Translations under genes and position numbers: made by a program
The notes under the pieces: generated by a model
The model's database searches: none
What the model was told of the DNA's origin: nothing
What the model saw: only the letters and a program-made list of their open reading frames with translations
Part shown: positions 29,335 to 38,244 of the stretch, piece by piece
Layout of the letters: each line of letters starts with the position of its first letter
Position numbering within the stretch: the first letter of the stretch is position 1
Source: a virus
Reading direction: 5' to 3' (one strand)
IMG/VR virus record: IMGVR_UViG_3300013767_000188
Coordinates: 7,673 to 71,672 of that record
DNA length: 64,000 nt

Positions 29335-29546
29335 GCCGGCTTTCCCAAGAAAACTGCGAAGGTGCTTTCGCCGATACGATCAACGCGGCAGGCGCCAAGG
29401 GCCGCTAACTTCTCAATCTGCTTCCGGTCGATCGCTGCGCGTGCGCTGACGCTGCCGAAGTATTGACCGGCTTCGTCGAGCATGAGCTCGCGGTACTTTT
29501 CGAGGAAGTGAAGCGCGTGCACGTCCTTCGTGGACAGCTTCGCCAT
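29331..29546 (-). CDS. Hypothetical protein
   Basis: 71 aa, translationally coupled. Confidence 0.5.
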   Translation of the reverse strand: MAKLSTKDVHALHFLEKYRELMLDEAGQYFGSVSARAAIDRKQIEKLAALGACRVDRIGESTFAVFLGKPA

Positions 29547-29550
29547 CAGG

Positions 29551-29880
29551 TCAGGTGCCTACCTTCACTTCGGTGCCGTCCCACACGAACTCGCCGTCTG
29601 CACCAACCGGGAAGTGTGATCGGCAACCGGCGCAGAACGTGCCGCTGTAGAAATACGGATCACGCGCATACGTCTCGGCAAGCGCGTTGCTCATCTTGGT
29701 CAAGGTGCCACAGGTCTGATGCACGTAGCTGTCGCGCACCGGACGCACGAAACCCTTCGCGCGCTCTGCTTCGGACAGAACGACATAGCCCTTCTGCTGG
29801 CCGGTCGCTGGATTGATCTCGCGGTGATCGGCTGGCACCGGGCTGCCATCGGTCAGCGTGGTCTCAGGACGTTCGGTCAT
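29551..29880 (-). CDS. Hypothetical Zn-ribbon phage protein
   Basis: GQQKGYVVLS..FVRPVRDSYVH..CG..FYSGTFCAGC..FVW. Confidence 0.7.
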   Translation of the reverse strand: MTERPETTLTDGSPVPADHREINPATGQQKGYVVLSEAERAKGFVRPVRDSYVHQTCGTLTKMSNALAETYARDPYFYSGTFCAGCRSHFPVGADGEFVWDGTEVKVGT

Positions 29881-30072
29881 CGTGATTTTCTCGCGCGCGA
29901 GGCGGTGTCAGAAGGGAATGGGGCGTCTCAGATGCCGGATCGGTGGCTATGCAGTTGATATTGCTTGCAAAGAGCCATTCAAATGGTCGCTAACAGCCAT
30001 TTGCGGATCGGTTCACGTAGCAGGCGCGCGTTTGAGCGCGCGCTGCTGTCGGCATTGAGTTTTGAGTTGAAG

Positions 30073-30415
30073 GTGACAAGAGTGACAGCGTCTGAATTTT
30101 GACGCGGGAGGCCGGCTGGTGACGTCACATGGGACACCGCCTATCACGTATCTAGAATTGAGAACCCGTTCCGTGTCGAAGCTCGTTGTGGGGTCCGGTG
30201 GAAGCGCGTCGCTCAGGAGCGCCGCTTCCTCTCTGGTCACAGGTGTGGCTTCAGGTGGGTGCGCGTAAGACGCCTCGAAAAAAGTGACATGTCAATAGGG
30301 TCCCGGTGACAAGAACGGCAATCTGCGAACTAACGCTTTGAGATTTCTGAAAAACATTTCTGCAAAAACGAGCAAAGTGACATAGGTGACAAGAGGCAAG
30401 GTGACAGCCTGTCAC
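30073..30415. repeat. GTGACA/TGTCAC repeat cluster 1
   Basis: GTGACA at 30073, 30082, 30284, 30306, 30377, 30386, 30401; TGTCAC at 30410. Confidence 0.8.
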
Positions 30416-30440
30416 CGGCAAATCGCGCAGCTGAATCGGG

Positions 30441-31043
30441 TCAGGACTTGCTCAGCGTCGATCGTGCGAGGGCGCGAAGGTCACCGAATTGGGTCTGGCC
30501 GGCGAGGGTGGCTTTGGCCGCGACGAGCTCGACCAGCGCGCCGGTGAAGCGTGCGAGGAACACCGTGTACGACATCGCGCCTTGGCCGACGGACTGCATC
30601 CGCTTGCGGTACGATTTGAACTCGGCGTTGACCTGGGCGAGACCGCCTGATGTCCGCATCGCTTCGACGCGGTTCTCAATTTCGACGACCGCGGCGAGGG
30701 CGGTGGTGCTGATCTGCTCGTTGGTCTGCCAGGGTGCGCCGAGCATTCCGGCCATGTCGATCACATCGTCGCGGCATTCGCGCGGTGACCGGTTGAGCCA
30801 TCCGTGACCATCGGCCAGCGCCTCGGCGTCGCAGTTTTCGAGATAGTGCGTCAGAACGATCTCGGCATGCTCCGGCTTCGTGAACCAGAGCGCGTCGAAA
30901 ACCGCAGCGCCGTCCTGCAGGTTGACCGATTGTTTTGCGGTCTGAGGCTGCGCTTTCGATCCGTCGGCGCTCGCAAGGATGACGACCGCGCGGACATCGA
31001 GCGCGGCGAGATAGGCCTTAACGAGACCGTCCCTTTTCCCCAT
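30441..31043 (-). CDS. Hypothetical protein downstream of CtrA-like box
   Basis: ORF MGKRDGLVKAYL...; start chosen from promoter geometry. Confidence 0.6.
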   Translation of the reverse strand: MGKRDGLVKAYLAALDVRAVVILASADGSKAQPQTAKQSVNLQDGAAVFDALWFTKPEHAEIVLTHYLENCDAEALADGHGWLNRSPRECRDDVIDMAGMLGAPWQTNEQISTTALAAVVEIENRVEAMRTSGGLAQVNAEFKSYRKRMQSVGQGAMSYTVFLARFTGALVELVAAKATLAGQTQFGDLRALARSTLSKS

Positions 31044-31069
31044 GCCGGGGATATATGGCGGCGGAGTAT

Positions 31070-31084
31070 TTAATCCTATGTTAA
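31070..31084. promoter_or_regulatory. CtrA-binding motif TTAA-N7-TTAA
   Basis: TTAA TCCTATG TTAA, at -27 to -41 from ATG 31043. Confidence 0.6.
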
Positions 31085-31089
31085 GATCA

Positions 31090-31105
31090 TGTCCCACGTG
31101 AAACA
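31090..31105. promoter_or_regulatory. parS-like site
   Basis: TGTCCCACGTGAAACA vs consensus TGTTTCACGTGAAACA (14/16). Confidence 0.6.
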
Positions 31106-31222
31106 AATGCGTTAGACCGTTGATTTTATGAGAAAAATGGCTTGCGGCGCAGGCCGATAAGTGGTTTTATAATCGTATTCCAACAGGGGCAACGCCCCGA
31201 CCTGCACAGGGAAACAGTGACC

Positions 31223-31459
31223 ATGGCCTTCGCCTTTGACACCCTCGGATATTCGAAGCACCTTCAAGGCGCTGGCGTCGCAGCCAACGTGGCCGACGCC
31301 CATGCCGAAGCGGCAAGGGATTTCGTCATGACCGAACTCGTGACCAAGACCGACCTGAACTCCGCGTTGGACGCTCTGACGTCCCGGCTGACCATCCGCC
31401 TCGGCAGCCTCATGGTCGCTGGCGTTGCCGCGCTGGCCGTCCTACAGCGCATCCACTGA
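31223..31459 (+). CDS. DUF1640/CCDC90-like coiled-coil membrane-anchored protein
   Basis: FDTL..L..AG..A.AHAEA..LVTKTDL plus C-terminal TM segment. Confidence 0.8.
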   Translation: MAFAFDTLGYSKHLQGAGVAANVADAHAEAARDFVMTELVTKTDLNSALDALTSRLTIRLGSLMVAGVAALAVLQRIH

Positions 31460-31545
31460 AATTCCAGCGGCGCGGCTTCGGTCGCGCCGGTCCTACCTTC
31501 ACCCCAAAGGGGCAACGCCCCGCCACCGCACAGGAGACGTGCAGC

Positions 31546-31689
31546 ATGACGACCAAGACCAAATCCCCCCGCAAGTCCAAGAGCCTTAGCCCGCAGCAGA
31601 AGTCGTGGGTCACCCGCCGCAAGATGCAGCGCGAGGCGGACGCCAAGAAAACCGCCCGCAAGTCGTCGCGGGTCGCCAAGGCGGCGTAA
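31546..31689 (+). CDS. Small basic protein
   Basis: MTTKTKSPRKSKSLSPQQKSWVTRRK...; AGGAG RBS. Confidence 0.6.
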   Translation: MTTKTKSPRKSKSLSPQQKSWVTRRKMQREADAKKTARKSSRVAKAA

Positions 31690-31782
31690 ATCTCAGGTCA
31701 TGCCGCCAGCTTCGGCTCGCGGCATTGCCGGGGATTTACCCCGACCACCGGGCCTTCGGCCCATCCTGTCGAGGATGACACG

Positions 31783-32028
31783 ATGTATGATTTTCCCACC
31801 ATTACGTTACGCGCGCGTGGCGTTCCCGCCAACGACGTTCTGAGCCATACCGAAATCCGCAAAGCCGCAGCTGCTCGCGCCTTCTGGTCTGACCATCCGC
31901 TGAACGTCGCGTTTCGCACGAAGTCCGGCAAGCAGACCTTTTCCCTCAAAGAGTTCTCCGAGTTCGTCGTCGCCATGCCCGGTGACGAGTTCGCGGCATG
32001 CATGTTCAGCGCGGGAGTCGTCCGATGA
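31783..32028 (+). CDS. Hypothetical protein
   Basis: 81 aa with GAGG RBS. Confidence 0.55.
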   Translation: MYDFPTITLRARGVPANDVLSHTEIRKAAAARAFWSDHPLNVAFRTKSGKQTFSLKEFSEFVVAMPGDEFAACMFSAGVVR

Positions 32029-32465
32029 ATATGCATGTCCGCACATTGTCGCCCCAACAGAAGGCCTGGGAAACCCGGCGCGCGAAGCTTGATGGCCGCG
32101 TGCTGATCGAAACCCGCAAGGCAGAGGCCGCGGCGCCGGTGGTGCTGTCTCCGCTGCAGGACGCGAAGATGGTCGAGCTTTGGCTTGACCGGCATGACGT
32201 GGGTTGTGGCTATCGCCGCTATGTCGTCCTCGAGATCGGGTACCGCTCGGTTCTTCTGTTCAGCGCCGCAAAGCTTGCCACGGTGGAAGTCGATCGACGC
32301 GAGTTCGACAGGCACGCCCGCGAGGTCATGCCGAAGGCCAAGGCGGTTGTCGCCATCATTCAGAACAACATCAAGCTGGCGGACCGCATCAACGACCGCG
32401 CCGGCGACATCATCATCAGCGACGGCGGACGCAACGCGGCGCGCGCGGTGGAGCGCCTGTCATGA
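32025..32465 (+). CDS. Hypothetical protein
   Basis: ATGA-coupled; LSPQQKAWETRR. Confidence 0.6.
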   Translation: MNMHVRTLSPQQKAWETRRAKLDGRVLIETRKAEAAAPVVLSPLQDAKMVELWLDRHDVGCGYRRYVVLEIGYRSVLLFSAAKLATVEVDRREFDRHAREVMPKAKAVVAIIQNNIKLADRINDRAGDIIISDGGRNAARAVERLS

Positions 32466-32482
32466 TTAAAAGGGAGAATAAA

Positions 32483-32821
32483 ATGGACTTTGCAACATTC
32501 AAAACCGGAGAGCCAGCGCAGGCCATGTTCCGGAAGCTTGGGCTTTTGGACTACCTTGAGGCCGCTGGAAGTTGGCGATCGCTCCGCGAATTGATTGTCG
32601 ATTTCAACGGCTGCGATCAAGGCCGCTTTGTCGCGCTGGCGCGAAAATGCGACGGGGTTTCCAGTTCCGGCGAACGCGTGTTGCTTCACGCCATTCTTTA
32701 CGTCACAGACTTCGCGTGGCTCGCGGACGAACTTACCGGCGAGCGTGCTTGGCAACAAATGAACCGATGCAGCGGCGACTGGCGCAGAGCAGTGGCTGCC
32801 TGCATCGTGGCTGAGGCCTAA
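32483..32821 (+). CDS. Hypothetical protein
   Basis: GGGAG RBS; SSGERVLL..DFAWLADEL. Confidence 0.6.
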   Translation: MDFATFKTGEPAQAMFRKLGLLDYLEAAGSWRSLRELIVDFNGCDQGRFVALARKCDGVSSSGERVLLHAILYVTDFAWLADELTGERAWQQMNRCSGDWRRAVAACIVAEA

Positions 32822-33000
32822 GCCGTGAAGAATCCTCTGCTCAATCCAACCCAGAACGATCAGGCCGTCGTCGCGCAGCGCCGCGCGGCATCTCCGCTCA
32901 AACCGAAAGTGCCTCAGCGCCCATGCGACGTCGGGCTGTTCAGTGATGAGGCTGACCAACTTGATCTAGTTGAAATGTTCCAAGACCCTGCAGAGGACGA

Positions 33001-33504
33001 ATGATGCCAGCGCCACTTTCGATCATCGGCCATCGGTTTGCCAAGGTCACGGTCCTCCGCGAGGTTGATCAATACGTCTCGCCCGGTGGCCGCCCGATGC
33101 GAAAATATCTCGTTCGCTGCGACTGCGGCATCGATAAGGAAATCCTCGGGAGCCATCTTCCCAAGATCGTCAGTTGCGGATGTCACAAGAACGGACTGCT
33201 CGGTGGGCTGAACCGGACCCACGGCGAGGCCAATAAGACGGCCGAATACGTCGTGTGGCGCGGCATGGTTCAGCGTTGCACCTATGAGAAGCACCGCTAT
33301 TTCAAAAACTACGGTGGTCGCGGCATCAAGGTCTGCGATCAATGGTTGCGCAGCTTTCCGACGTTCCTGAAAGACATGGGGCGACGGCCATCACCGAAGC
33401 ACAGCATCGACCGCTATCCCGATAACGACGGGAACTATGAGCCGTCGAATTGTCGCTGGGCAACGAGGAAACAGCAGCAGGCAAACCGGGCGAGGGCGAA
33501 ATGA
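33001..33504 (+). CDS. HNH-type homing endonuclease-like protein
   Basis: CDCG..SCGC, YGGRGIKVC, SIDR..DNDGNYEPSNCRWAT. Confidence 0.85.
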   Translation: MMPAPLSIIGHRFAKVTVLREVDQYVSPGGRPMRKYLVRCDCGIDKEILGSHLPKIVSCGCHKNGLLGGLNRTHGEANKTAEYVVWRGMVQRCTYEKHRYFKNYGGRGIKVCDQWLRSFPTFLKDMGRRPSPKHSIDRYPDNDGNYEPSNCRWATRKQQQANRARAK

Positions 33505-34382
33505 AAATCGCCATCGACCGCATCCAGCCCGACCCCGGTCAGCCTCGCAAAATCTTCAACCTGGAACAACTCCAAGAGCTTGCGAACTCTATCGCGTCGA
33601 GCGGCCTTCTGCAGCCGATCCTCGTTAAAAAATCCGGCGTTAGATACCAGATCGTTGCCGGTGAGCGACGCTGGCGCGCCCATGCGCTTCTGGCGAAGCG
33701 CGGCATGAAGAAGTTCGCGACTATCGAATGCAATCTCGCCAAGCAGAAGGCTGGCGCCGATACTCGTGTTGCTCAGATTGTGGAAAATATGCTGCGCGCG
33801 GACATGACCCCGATGGAGGAAGCCGAGGCGTTCGTCGAACTGCGCGACACCTACGGCATGGATGAAGCGGCGATCGCCGGCAAGCTAGGGCTTGCTGCCT
33901 TTCGAGTGAAGTGGCGACTATCGCTTATGAACCTTTCGCCGGCGTCGCGGAGGCTATTCGAGGCCGGTGCGATCGAGCAGCAGGCCGCGAACGAGGTCGC
34001 GCGTCTTGATCGCGACGCGGATCAGGCCCGCATCATCAGGATGTTAAACCGGGGCGACCTGATCGGCTGGAAGTCCGTCAGAAACGCGGTCGACGCCATC
34101 CTCCAGGGCACGACCCACGAGGATCTGTTCGGCGCGGCCGCCCCATTGCCCAAGGCGAAGGAGTTGGCAGTCGTGAAGTCGATGGAAAAGAAGGTTGACG
34201 ATATCGCCGCGGTGGTTTCAATCGGCTGGCAGAACGGCGAGTGTATCGTTGCGAGCAAGATCGCGCCCGACCGTGCCGGCGTCATGGCTGACAAACTGGC
34301 GGGTATCAAGGCCGCTATCTCGCACATGGAACGCGAACTGAGGAACGTCAACGCGCAAGCGCGCATAGTGATGACAGGATAG
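33501..34382 (+). CDS. ParB/RepB/Spo0J family protein
   Basis: PGQPRKIF, GLLQPI, IVAGERRWRA, ENMLRADMTPMEEA, HTH. Confidence 0.92.
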   Translation: MKIAIDRIQPDPGQPRKIFNLEQLQELANSIASSGLLQPILVKKSGVRYQIVAGERRWRAHALLAKRGMKKFATIECNLAKQKAGADTRVAQIVENMLRADMTPMEEAEAFVELRDTYGMDEAAIAGKLGLAAFRVKWRLSLMNLSPASRRLFEAGAIEQQAANEVARLDRDADQARIIRMLNRGDLIGWKSVRNAVDAILQGTTHEDLFGAAAPLPKAKELAVVKSMEKKVDDIAAVVSIGWQNGECIVASKIAPDRAGVMADKLAGIKAAISHMERELRNVNAQARIVMTG

Positions 34383-34383
34383 G

Positions 34384-34602
34384 GTGATGAACATTTCAGG
34401 ACTTACAAATTCCAGCTTGAAGATGCTGTATGACGGCATCGGGACGGCGCTCGCGGCCGACGATGCGTCGGTTGAAGCTGGTCGCGACCCGGAGCATGAA
34501 GTCCGAACCTCGCCAGTTTGGCGACAGTGGGCCAAGGATCTATCCGACGAAATGGTCAAACGCAACATTACGTTCAGCCGCATCGATTGGTGGGGAAAAT
34601 GA
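34384..34602 (+). CDS. Hypothetical protein
   Basis: 72 aa in operon. Confidence 0.55.
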   Translation: MMNISGLTNSSLKMLYDGIGTALAADDASVEAGRDPEHEVRTSPVWRQWAKDLSDEMVKRNITFSRIDWWGK

Positions 34603-34916
34603 CCGGCGGAGAGCTCAAGCAGCTGCGGCACGACCTGGCCGATGCGCTCGGCCGTCGGATGACGACCGGTGACATGGCGAAGCTGTGCGGGCTTGCGCCG
34701 AAGAATGGTGCCGAGACGATGCAGAAATGGGAAGACGGAGTGGGCCCGAGCGGGCCGGCTGCCGCGCTGCTGTCAGTCCTGGCTTGTGCGAGCGAACGTC
34801 ACGATATCGACCCGACCGTTCTGGATGCCGGCGAGCTTAACGGCGAGTATGTCGAGTTCCTTGAAGATAGATATCGCGCCATGATGCGCGCTGAGATCCT
34901 CCGCCGACTCAGCTGA
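34599..34916 (+). CDS. XRE-like HTH protein
   Basis: MTGGELKQLR..MAKLCG..QKWEDG.GPSGP. Confidence 0.7.
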   Translation: MTGGELKQLRHDLADALGRRMTTGDMAKLCGLAPKNGAETMQKWEDGVGPSGPAAALLSVLACASERHDIDPTVLDAGELNGEYVEFLEDRYRAMMRAEILRRLS

Positions 34917-35105
34917 CCGGTGCCTGTAATAAAACTTGATCGTAGGCCACGCACGCCAGTGCACGTCCATGCATGTCAAAGCATGACAAAGCCGGACAAT
35001 GACCGGGCCTACAGTTCCTAGCAGCAATTTGACAACAACGCCCTTCGGGTTTCCAATTGCTACTCTGTTCCTGCGTCGATTGTCCGACGTTAAACGGAGC
35101 CGAAC

Positions 35106-35363
35106 ATGTCAGATCCAACACCATCATCGATAATTAAGACGACGCGGACCTCAGAAGGTTTGCGTAATACGCTTTTCGATGCTCTTGACGCCTCTTTGAA
35201 CAAACAAATGCAGCCAGCCGAAGCGCAGGCGATTTGCAAAATTTGCGCTCAGATTATCAACAGCGTGAATACTGAAATCGAGTTCTACAAACATATCGCG
35301 AGCAAATTGCCGGATGGCACCGCACCGAATACCGTCCTTCAACTCGGTGGCGCGGGCAAATGA
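35106..35363 (+). CDS. Hypothetical protein (lower-GC moron)
   Basis: 85 aa, GGAG RBS, AT-richer than flanks. Confidence 0.6.
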   Translation: MSDPTPSSIIKTTRTSEGLRNTLFDALDASLNKQMQPAEAQAICKICAQIINSVNTEIEFYKHIASKLPDGTAPNTVLQLGGAGK

Positions 35364-35651
35364 ACCGCTGCGTCTTCCGCGACGTTCAACGACAAAACCG
35401 AAGGTGCACTAATCGTTCGGTGGACCATCGGATATGCTCAAACTGTCGTTGGATTATTGAAAGGTCAGCAAGGCAGATCGTCGCGATGCGTCTCGCAAAG
35501 ACGCCCTCCAATTGGAGCCCAAACTCGTATTCTTACGAGCTGCTGGATTGTACATTTCCCAAAGACGACGTCCGGCGGCTCGTCGAACTGGCGAAGCTTA
35601 GATTCCTCGCCCAGCGCGTAATTCAAATCCTCAGCGATGACAATTCCGCAC

Positions 35652-36335
35652 TTACGACACCGGCACCTTGTCCGCGACAAGGCGCGCGGTGATGATCCGC
35701 AAGCCTGCCATTTTATCCTTGAAAAACTGCCTCTTGCCGGACCAGCCGCGCTCGAGAGCCAGTGACTCGATATCGTCCAGCTTCATCACGCCCCAATGCG
35801 CACCGAGGGTCACGGCTTTGCCCAGCAATGGCTGGTCGGCCAGGTACTCGAACGGCCAGCGCAAGGCCTGATCCATCCGGGTGATCTGCGCCGGTGTCGC
35901 CTGCAGGCGCACCCGATTCCGCGCGGCTAGGGTCCGCTCCAGCTCGGCGGTCTCAAGCTGGGCGTTCAGGTCGAATTGCTCATAGTCGTATTGCGGCATC
36001 GCGTTGCCGTACATCTTCGGCCCGCGCGGCCGGGGCTGGGTGGTCAGCACTTCAAAGGCTTCTTCCAGCCGGTCCAAGACGTGAACGAGCGACCACCTAA
36101 CAGGTACCGCGCCGGTCGATCCAGACGCTCCACGGGGCGTTTCCGGGCGGCTCTTGGCCCCATAAAGGAACGGCCTCAAGGCCGGATCGCCGTCCAGCAT
36201 GATCATGACGTCCAGCCGCGCCCGGTCCTCCGGTGACATAAGTGACAGGTCAGGGATGACTGGCGTCATTACTCCCTTGTCACTCTTGTCACCCCGGCGT
36301 CGGGATTGGATGTTTTTCGCTTTATTTCCAGTCAT
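35652..36335 (-). CDS. Hypothetical protein, possible late-gene regulator
   Basis: W....V..RLEEAF..L; last gene of replication operon. Confidence 0.55.
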   Translation of the reverse strand: MTGNKAKNIQSRRRGDKSDKGVMTPVIPDLSLMSPEDRARLDVMIMLDGDPALRPFLYGAKSRPETPRGASGSTGAVPVRWSLVHVLDRLEEAFEVLTTQPRPRGPKMYGNAMPQYDYEQFDLNAQLETAELERTLAARNRVRLQATPAQITRMDQALRWPFEYLADQPLLGKAVTLGAHWGVMKLDDIESLALERGWSGKRQFFKDKMAGLRIITARLVADKVPVS

Positions 36336-36403
36336 TTCAGGTTTTCGGTGTCATTTGTCACTTTGGCGGGTTTGCTTGTCACTTTCGGGTTTCCGCTTGT
36401 CAT
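36233..36403. repeat. GTGACA/TGTCAC repeat cluster 2, at helicase gene end
   Basis: GTGACA 36233, 36242; TGTCAC 36278, 36287, 36356, 36377; TGTCAT 36349, 36398. Confidence 0.8.
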
Positions 36404-38244
36404 CGAGGCGAGAAGTCGAGGGCGTGATCGGGGATTTCCTGCTGCATCCCCTTCGTTGCGTCACGGTTCGCCGGGGCCTGATCGCGAAGGCCCGCGACCG
36501 TCCTGCCCGTGAGCCAGATGTAGGGGTTGACGCGCCCGACGATGCGCAGGCGCAGGAACTTCTCGCTGGCGCGCTTGAGCGCTTGGTTGACTGAGTTTTC
36601 TTCTACGTTCGAGGCCACGGCCCGGTAGGCCTGTTTCCAGTGCGCGACGTTGACCACGTAGGTTATCGACTTCGGCAAGCGCAGGACGGCCGGCGTCGGC
36701 TCGCCGTGTTCCTCGATCGCGGACTTGAGGGCATCGAATGCCAGCTGCTGCTGGTCTGACAGCACAAGGCTGCGATCCTTGCCCGCGCCCTTGATCTCGA
36801 CGGACGCGCCGGCGGGGAGCGTTATGCACGACGTGATCGGCTTCCCGTCGGTCTCACGGTATCCCAACTCCACTTGAACAGTTTCGAACCGGATATCGAT
36901 CCCGTCTTCTCCGTCCTTCTGCTTGTCGAGCGTTGCGATTTTAACTTTGGTGCCTTCCTCTCGTTTGACGAGAATGACCTGATCGCTGTTGGCGTAGACC
37001 GACGTGTGCCCGCGGAGTTTTGTTCCTCCGGCGTTCATGTGGTGGACGAGACAGATGTGAGCGCCGGGGATGGCCTGCGATATCCGGTCGATGTTCCCCA
37101 TGACGAGGCCCATGTCCTTGCCCGAGTTCTCGTCGGCGGCGCCGGAAGCCTTCGCCAGTGTATCGATGAACAGGGCGACCACCGGCATGTTGTAGATGCT
37201 CTCGATGCCCTTGATCTCTTCGATCAGCTTGGCCGTGTCTCCGTTCTGGCTGTAGATATCCACGGTCGACTGCAAGATGAAGACCGGCACGATTCCAGCC
37301 GGAATCTTGAAGGCCTGCCGCCACGCGCGGAACCGCTTCTTGATACCGCGCTGTCCTTCACCGGCCTGATAGATGACGAGCCCTGGCCGCAGAACCTCGC
37401 GCCCATAGAACTTGCTCGCCGTGGCGATGCACATCGCCATGTGAATGGCGAGGAAGGATTTTCCGGAACGGGACTCGCCGCCCAGCACCGACTTGTCGCC
37501 GACGGTCAGCCAACCGTCGATGATGTCTTCATGTTCGGGGCCAGGCTCGTCCAGCTGCTCGAACATGATGCCGCCGAACTTCGAGACGAATGGCTCGGGC
37601 TCGACGACCGGTTCGCGGTCGTACTCGTCGTAAAGGCCAGCTTCCGCGTTCGACCGGCTACGCAGTTCTGATGCCAGTTGTCGCGCAAGGTGCGCGGCGT
37701 CGGGAGCCTGCGGCGAATCCGCCATCAGCTTCGCGACGTAGGCGACGAGAGTGTAGCCACCGAAGACAGGCTCAAGCGGATCGCCGCCGCAGGCATCGAG
37801 CAGGGTTTTCAGCGTCGCTGGCTTGTCCGCGACATAGGCATCGAAAACAGCCTGAAACATCTGACGGTGTTGCAGGGCCAGGAAGTTCTCAGGCGTTACA
37901 TCTTCCTGAATGTGAGCAATGAGGGCAGGCTGCAGCGACAGCAGGCCGATCAGAAGGCGCTCGCCCTCGAGCTCAGGATCTAGCCGGTCCGGCTTGGCAT
38001 TGACGACGTTCAGCTTGATCCATGTGTCAGCGTCGGCCGGCGAGAGGTCCTTCACCTTCTGGATGAATTCGACTGCCGAGAAACCTTGTTCGTCGTCGTA
38101 GTCATAGACATAGCCGGTCGTGACGTTGACGCCGATATCTGCGAACCGAACCGTCGTTTCGTCTCTGCCCGACGGCGCGCCGAGGATCGCGCGTACCACG
38201 CGCTCCGCAAATGCCCCGTCCTTGGTACGCTTCGCCAGCATCAA
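36400..38244 (-). CDS. Replicative helicase: DnaB-N-like domain plus RepA/AAA_25 ATPase
   Basis: ELEGERLLIGLL..F...HRQMF; Walker A GESRSGKS; FIDT; LVHH; KLRGH; KQKDG. Confidence 0.88.
   Translation of the reverse strand: MMLAKRTKDGAFAERVVRAILGAPSGRDETTVRFADIGVNVTTGYVYDYDDEQGFSAVEFIQKVKDLSPADADTWIKLNVVNAKPDRLDPELEGERLLIGLLSLQPALIAHIQEDVTPENFLALQHRQMFQAVFDAYVADKPATLKTLLDACGGDPLEPVFGGYTLVAYVAKLMADSPQAPDAAHLARQLASELRSRSNAEAGLYDEYDREPVVEPEPFVSKFGGIMFEQLDEPGPEHEDIIDGWLTVGDKSVLGGESRSGKSFLAIHMAMCIATASKFYGREVLRPGLVIYQAGEGQRGIKKRFRAWRQAFKIPAGIVPVFILQSTVDIYSQNGDTAKLIEEIKGIESIYNMPVVALFIDTLAKASGAADENSGKDMGLVMGNIDRISQAIPGAHICLVHHMNAGGTKLRGHTSVYANSDQVILVKREEGTKVKIATLDKQKDGEDGIDIRFETVQVELGYRETDGKPITSCITLPAGASVEIKGAGKDRSLVLSDQQQLAFDALKSAIEEHGEPTPAVLRLPKSITYVVNVAHWKQAYRAVASNVEENSVNQALKRASEKFLRLRIVGRVNPYIWLTGRTVAGLRDQAPANRDATKGMQQEIPDHALDFSPR

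Noticed and set aside
30073-30415. CRISPR array reading of the GTGACA repeats
   Set aside because: Units are 6-16 bp with irregular spacing and mixed orientation; no cas genes
31142-31173. Sigma70 promoter TTGCGG..TATAAT for the + accessory operon
   Set aside because: Spacer is 20 bp; the -10 is plausible but the pair is not supportable
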